From a virus (lineage: Duplodnaviria; Caudoviricetes), in the IMG/VR virus record IMGVR_UViG_3300018917_000004, positions 1 to 52,415 of that record: 52,415 nt of DNA. One strand, given 5' to 3'. Under the pieces are notes generated by a model. The model ran no database searches. It was not told where the DNA came from and was given only the letters and a program-made list of their open reading frames with translations. Each line of letters opens with the position of its first letter. Within the stretch, counting starts at the first letter, position 1. Below, piece by piece: positions 48,377 through 52,415 of the stretch. A program made the position numbers and the translations under genes.

Positions 48377-48613
48377 TTACCTGAACATACTGTCAAGCAC
48401 AACGCTAACTAGTTTTAAACCGAGGAGAATTAAAGGTAACAGACTCAACCAGAGTACTAGGTTCAAGAAGGCTGCCGGTATCAGCATGACTAGCCAGGTC
48501 AGAACGGTGGCCACAATGGGCATAAAGCCTAAGGTGAGCCAGAACAACATAACACTGCCGCTAAACATCTGGTAACATAATGCAGCCAATATCGCCCAAG
48601 TGATTAAATGCAT
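48377..48613 (-). CDS. Small very hydrophobic membrane protein
   Basis: 78 aa, almost entirely hydrophobic. Confidence 0.55.
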   Translation of the reverse strand: MHLITWAILAALCYQMFSGSVMLFWLTLGFMPIVATVLTWLVMLIPAAFLNLVLWLSLLPLILLGLKLVSVVLDSMFR

Positions 48614-48676
48614 ATCGTTGAACCTTTTACGTTATATTGACCATTATAGGGCCTAAGGCGGCCCTATGTCCACTAT

Positions 48677-51346
48677 TTAAACTGTGACTTCACCGGATTC
48701 TATCGCGGCCATGAGGTCAGTTGCTGTTATCACAATGCCCTCTGGTAGACCCTGTGGGAACTCAGGGCACTGGCAGAATGGCTTGCCATCGTCTGACTTA
48801 GCAGTTTTCGAGAGGTGTTGGGTAACATCGATTTCCTCAAACCACGCTTTACTACTCGGTATTAAATCAAGGTTTAAGCGGTCAATGAAGGCGCAAGTGG
48901 TCATGACGTGCGCTAGGTTCAATGCATACGCCGCTTGCAATACATGCTCCTTATTGACAACAGCACGTATCTCGTCATGAATGGTGAGCATCAGGCGGCC
49001 ATCAATACCATAGTACTTAAAGAAGTATGAGGTTAATACTACCAAGATGTCACGCCAGTCAGCACCAGAGGCCTGAACTATCCTGTTAACCATCGTGGTC
49101 TTAAAGTTTCTACCGACATCTTCAAGGGCCTTGGTTACCTTGCAGCGTAACACGGGTGTAGGTTGACCTGATTCCTTCGTTATCTTCTCGATAGCTGTGA
49201 ACGCTTCGGAAGCTAGGCCCCCCGTGAAGCCCCCACGGCCATCCTGTTTGCCTACAAAGTTATCAGTGAACTTAATGGCCATCTCATTACAGTACTCTTC
49301 AGACCACGTGGGCATAACTTTCATTAGGTACTCACGGCACCCTTTAACCCTCTGCCCATAAAGACCACCATAAACCTCAGGCTTCACGTCACTACGCTTC
49401 ATACCTTGCTTAGCGGCCATGATTGAATGAACGTCGGTCTTAGTGCTACTGGTGCCACACATGACCGATACTGACAACGGTGAGGCACCTATGAATGGCA
49501 GTGTCTGTCGGTAGTCGAGTTTCACTTGGTCAGCAAGCCATGCGGCCACCGTTAACTCTTGTGAGCTAATGTCACCACCGATTATCACATAACCCTCAGG
49601 GGCCTCGACTAACGTTTTAACACCTGTACCCCATCGTTTAGCCTTAGGGTTAGGCATAACCTGACTGAAGTTATCGGCACAGCGGCCCGTGATGGTACCT
49701 GTAACCGTAATTTGGAACAGGGTGACCGGGTAGCCCTCAGGACACTCGACGTGAAGCGCTTTCACACGTTTCCTAATTGATGTCCAGTTAACTAACGAGT
49801 TCATTGCTTTAATCGCTGTCTTCAGGTCACCCGGTGCGCTCAACATACCCTCTTCCACAGGTACACTAAAGCCCTTGATAAACAACTGTGTGACTCGCTG
49901 GCCCCGGTCTTCAGGGTGCGGTAGTGCCTCACGTTGCCCTTGGTCATCTAAGGTATAATAGCCTAACTCATCACACCACAGCACCGCACGGTCACGCCAT
50001 GTTACATTAAGTAGTAGCGGTGTAACACGAGTGGCCATATGGTACGGTTTAGCACGGTGGTTCCTATACCACACAGGTTGGCCCTTGGTCTTACCAGTTA
50101 GCGCCGGTGTCCAGTCGAGCTGTGCTAATTGCGGTGATTCTCGTGCCAGTAGTTCACACCAACCTTTCACGATAGCCTCAACATTACCCTTATTCAACTG
50201 CTTACCAAACTGACTCAAATAATCTTGAAATGACTCGTTATACATTACGTACACTTCATGCACCCTATTGTCAACAACGGCATCTAGTTGCTCACGTATA
50301 GCTTGAGTGGCTGTCTCAACGTCACGGTAATAACTAGGGTAACGAGTGGTAGAAAGTGGGCACCAATAGGAACCCATGAGAAGCTGTGCGGTCTGTGTGG
50401 TCGGTGAGGGCCGGTGTATCTTATTCTCCTCATACACCTTCTGAAACACTTGGTATGTCGCTATGACATCTTTGTAGCAATACTGAAGCACGCTGCTGAA
50501 TTCTTGACGACAATAATCATAGCCGTACTTTATTAACTCATCACGTACCCCTTTGTCAAGCTTTTGGTCGAAGTAGAATGAGTAGATAGCGTCAAGGCCG
50601 TTGGTAGCAGTTTCATCAGACCACATCGGTGCGAAGGGGTCACTTTCAGACATCTTGAATACTATACGTTGCTGGTTACCCATGCCGCGTACTGGTATCC
50701 ACATTGCCATAGTGTCAGCAAAATAGTTACCTGATGGCGTCCTAAGGTACTCAGGGGCCAGAAACTGCCTATCGTAAGGTACGTTATGCCCTACTACAAC
50801 ACAGTTACGACCAAATGGCACCGTGCTAACTAGGTTATCTGGGTTCCACTGCCACACATAGATATCAGTCGCCGTAATGCCCACACAGCACACCGGGAAC
50901 CATTGTGAACTATCGCCGTCCTCCCAGGGCACTAGTCGTTCAATAGGTATATTTACTGTCTCGAAGTCTAATGTGATAACAATGCCATCAGGGGGTTGTG
51001 GTATTGACTGCCACTTTCCAGGTACATTAGCCGACCTCTGAAACCAACCGGGTCGGGCCGGTGGTAACGTGAAGCCACAAGGTAAATAATCACCGCTAGC
51101 GTACTCATTCAACCGAGAAATAAGGGGGGCCCCCAGGTCGGCTGTTGCCTTCCTAATGACCTCTTTATACGTACCGAGTTCTGGCACCGGCAAGTTAACG
51201 GTAGTACTGTTATCAATCGAGGCCTCTAGACCAAAGGGCCTTAGTTTATCCTGTTGCAACTTACGCTCATAGGGGTGAACGTCACGCGGTAGGCGTCCTA
51301 TTAGCTGCAAGTGTAGCTTGTTGCTTAACTTGTTTATGCTGACCAT
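48677..51346 (-). CDS. Family A DNA polymerase, mitochondrial Pol-gamma-like, with 3'-5' exonuclease
   Basis: Exonuclease LDFET, VGHNVPYDR, FADTMAM, YCYKDV; polymerase GTITGR, GGDISSQEL, RSDVKPEVYGGLYG, VNRIVQASGAD, TIHDEIR. Confidence 0.92.
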   Translation of the reverse strand: MVSINKLSNKLHLQLIGRLPRDVHPYERKLQQDKLRPFGLEASIDNSTTVNLPVPELGTYKEVIRKATADLGAPLISRLNEYASGDYLPCGFTLPPARPGWFQRSANVPGKWQSIPQPPDGIVITLDFETVNIPIERLVPWEDGDSSQWFPVCCVGITATDIYVWQWNPDNLVSTVPFGRNCVVVGHNVPYDRQFLAPEYLRTPSGNYFADTMAMWIPVRGMGNQQRIVFKMSESDPFAPMWSDETATNGLDAIYSFYFDQKLDKGVRDELIKYGYDYCRQEFSSVLQYCYKDVIATYQVFQKVYEENKIHRPSPTTQTAQLLMGSYWCPLSTTRYPSYYRDVETATQAIREQLDAVVDNRVHEVYVMYNESFQDYLSQFGKQLNKGNVEAIVKGWCELLARESPQLAQLDWTPALTGKTKGQPVWYRNHRAKPYHMATRVTPLLLNVTWRDRAVLWCDELGYYTLDDQGQREALPHPEDRGQRVTQLFIKGFSVPVEEGMLSAPGDLKTAIKAMNSLVNWTSIRKRVKALHVECPEGYPVTLFQITVTGTITGRCADNFSQVMPNPKAKRWGTGVKTLVEAPEGYVIIGGDISSQELTVAAWLADQVKLDYRQTLPFIGASPLSVSVMCGTSSTKTDVHSIMAAKQGMKRSDVKPEVYGGLYGQRVKGCREYLMKVMPTWSEEYCNEMAIKFTDNFVGKQDGRGGFTGGLASEAFTAIEKITKESGQPTPVLRCKVTKALEDVGRNFKTTMVNRIVQASGADWRDILVVLTSYFFKYYGIDGRLMLTIHDEIRAVVNKEHVLQAAYALNLAHVMTTCAFIDRLNLDLIPSSKAWFEEIDVTQHLSKTAKSDDGKPFCQCPEFPQGLPEGIVITATDLMAAIESGEVTV

Positions 51347-51415
51347 AATGTTTTATTGGCCTTCCTTTGTTACCTTTCAATACTAGCACCCTAGGCGGCA
51401 AGTGTAGCCCCGGTA

Positions 51416-51447
51416 TGTGACAGTTATTTAGTGGCACACTGTTAACA
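51416..51447. promoter_or_regulatory. Palindromic operator-like site, copy 3 of 3, upstream of the polymerase and nested in a GTAGCCCCGGT/ACCGGGGCTAC hairpin
   Basis: TGTGACA-GTTATTTAG-TGGCACACTGTTAACA. Confidence 0.6.
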
Positions 51448-51461
51448 CCGGGGCTACTTGA

Positions 51462-52368
51462 TTAGAACTGAGGGCTATAGGACTCAGTTAGGGCTGAGCT
51501 AAGGTCACCGGGCCGGTTAGAGGCATTGCTGATAATGAAGGTAATGATTGAATCAAGGGCCGGTGGGAGACCCTCAGGGTACAATGATTCAATCTGGGGT
51601 GCATAGCGGTTAACCATGTACTCTAGTTTCATGAGTTCTTCATTATAGGCCCCTGAGTAGTGTGAGGGTGCCTTAGGGTATTGCCAATGTCGATTGGTGG
51701 TTAAAGTGCCTACCAGTTTTTCAAATTTATTCACCAGTGGGCTAGTGTTATCCATTTTGCACTTTTTGAATGTTTCAATGAATGACTCACGTAGTCTGTG
51801 GTCAACACCTTCTATCGCTGTAATCTTGAGGCCCGGTATGCTCTCTAGTTCCCGGCAGAAATGGGAGGCGACTGCATTACCTAGTATATGCCACGTCCAC
51901 GGTGTCTTTCGGGCTACGTTCATATACTCTTGTCTTACTTTACCTTCCTTAGGTGCCTTACACGCTATAGCGGCTGCTAGGGCCCTCATAGAGACCTCTG
52001 CTAGCTCACGAGGGTATGCAATATCACTTGGTTGATACAAACGGCCCTTGATATCATCCATGACATTATGGTACTTGTTATCACGTCGGTTATAATCATA
52101 ATAGCCGTCATCGTCAGACCAAGTGAACCCTGATACCTCTAAGTATCTGTCAACGGCCATACGTATCAACCAACACGTCAACAGGTGATATTGTTCATCA
52201 AAGTGGATGTCTTCTAGAACGTTTTCCCACATGGTTTTCAGGTTAGCGTTAGAGACATCAGGTAAGTTATACTGCTCTGAGATTTCCTCTTTACTCTTGG
52301 TACGCAGGAAGCACGCACGGTCACGCATACCCTGGTTAGCCGATAGCAACGCATCAGTTGAGATATCG
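51462..52368 (-). CDS. SF3 helicase C-terminal part (continuation of 1..1056; ~642 aa in total)
   Basis: In frame through the 34-bp overlap: ...FFVTNDISTDALLSANQGMRDRACFL (Arg finger). The ORF-track N-terminus MVRRKHARSRIPWLA comes from the fold-back. Confidence 0.8.
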
Positions 52369-52415
52369 GCTAACCAGGGTATGCGTGACCGTGCGTGCTT
52401 CCTGCGTACCAAGAG
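52294..52415. other. 52-bp perfect inverted repeat at contig end (fold-back artefact)
   Basis: 52364-52415 is the exact reverse complement of 52294-52345. Confidence 0.8.

Larger units (their letters stand above)
1206..50981. repeat. Dispersed 10-mer TGTGATAACA/TGTTATCACA, ~50 exact copies genome-wide
   Basis: Examples at 1206, 3284, 3649, 3978, 4966, 5048, 6340, 6388, 7856, 9841, 11881, 14088, 17172, 20368, 25863, 35589, 37551, 40807, 46274, 47930, 50972. Chance expectation is well below 1. Confidence 0.95.

Noticed and set aside
52294-52415. Terminal 52-bp inverted repeat as a hairpin telomere
   Set aside because: It interrupts the helicase, whose true continuation is at base 35 onward, and I see no protelomerase. 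A fold-back library or assembly artefact explains it best.
1-52415. Integrase/lysogeny module, reverse transcriptase/DGR, photosynthesis auxiliary genes
   Set aside because: No recombinase, RT or psbA/hli motifs recognised in any ORF; absence is by eye only.

Overview
This looks like the essentially complete, circularly permuted genome (about 52,334 bp unique) of a contractile-tailed dsDNA phage. The host is most likely a filamentous cyanobacterium; that is inferred from gene content, not shown. Bases 1-34 recur at 52335-52368, which closes the circle inside an SF3 helicase gene, and the last ~47 nt are a fold-back artefact. Recognisable modules: head and packaging (TerS/TerL, portal, scaffold, capsid); contractile tail (sheath, tube, chaperone, tape measure, baseplate genes scattered over both strands, fibres); replication (Pol-gamma-like family A polymerase, SF3 helicase, 5'-3' exonuclease, dNMP kinase); a C5 methyltransferase; lysis genes. 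I found no integrase, tRNA or CRISPR array. The most unusual features: (1) an unannotated 16-aa ORF ending in RGSGR-D, the motif of the HetR-inhibiting PatS/PatX peptides; (2) about 50 exact copies of TGTGATAACA, including inside CDSs and in most terminators, alongside a membrane FtsK/TraB-like ATPase operon and two RHH-like proteins; (3) three ORF-free, highly structured regions (~950, ~700 and ~180 nt), two of which share a 39-nt element; (4) an LHH-nuclease toxin with a candidate immunity gene behind the portal; (5) a six-copy unrecognised YPV...PAC domain family; (6) several further regulatory repeat families. All counts and folds were done by eye, with no database searches.
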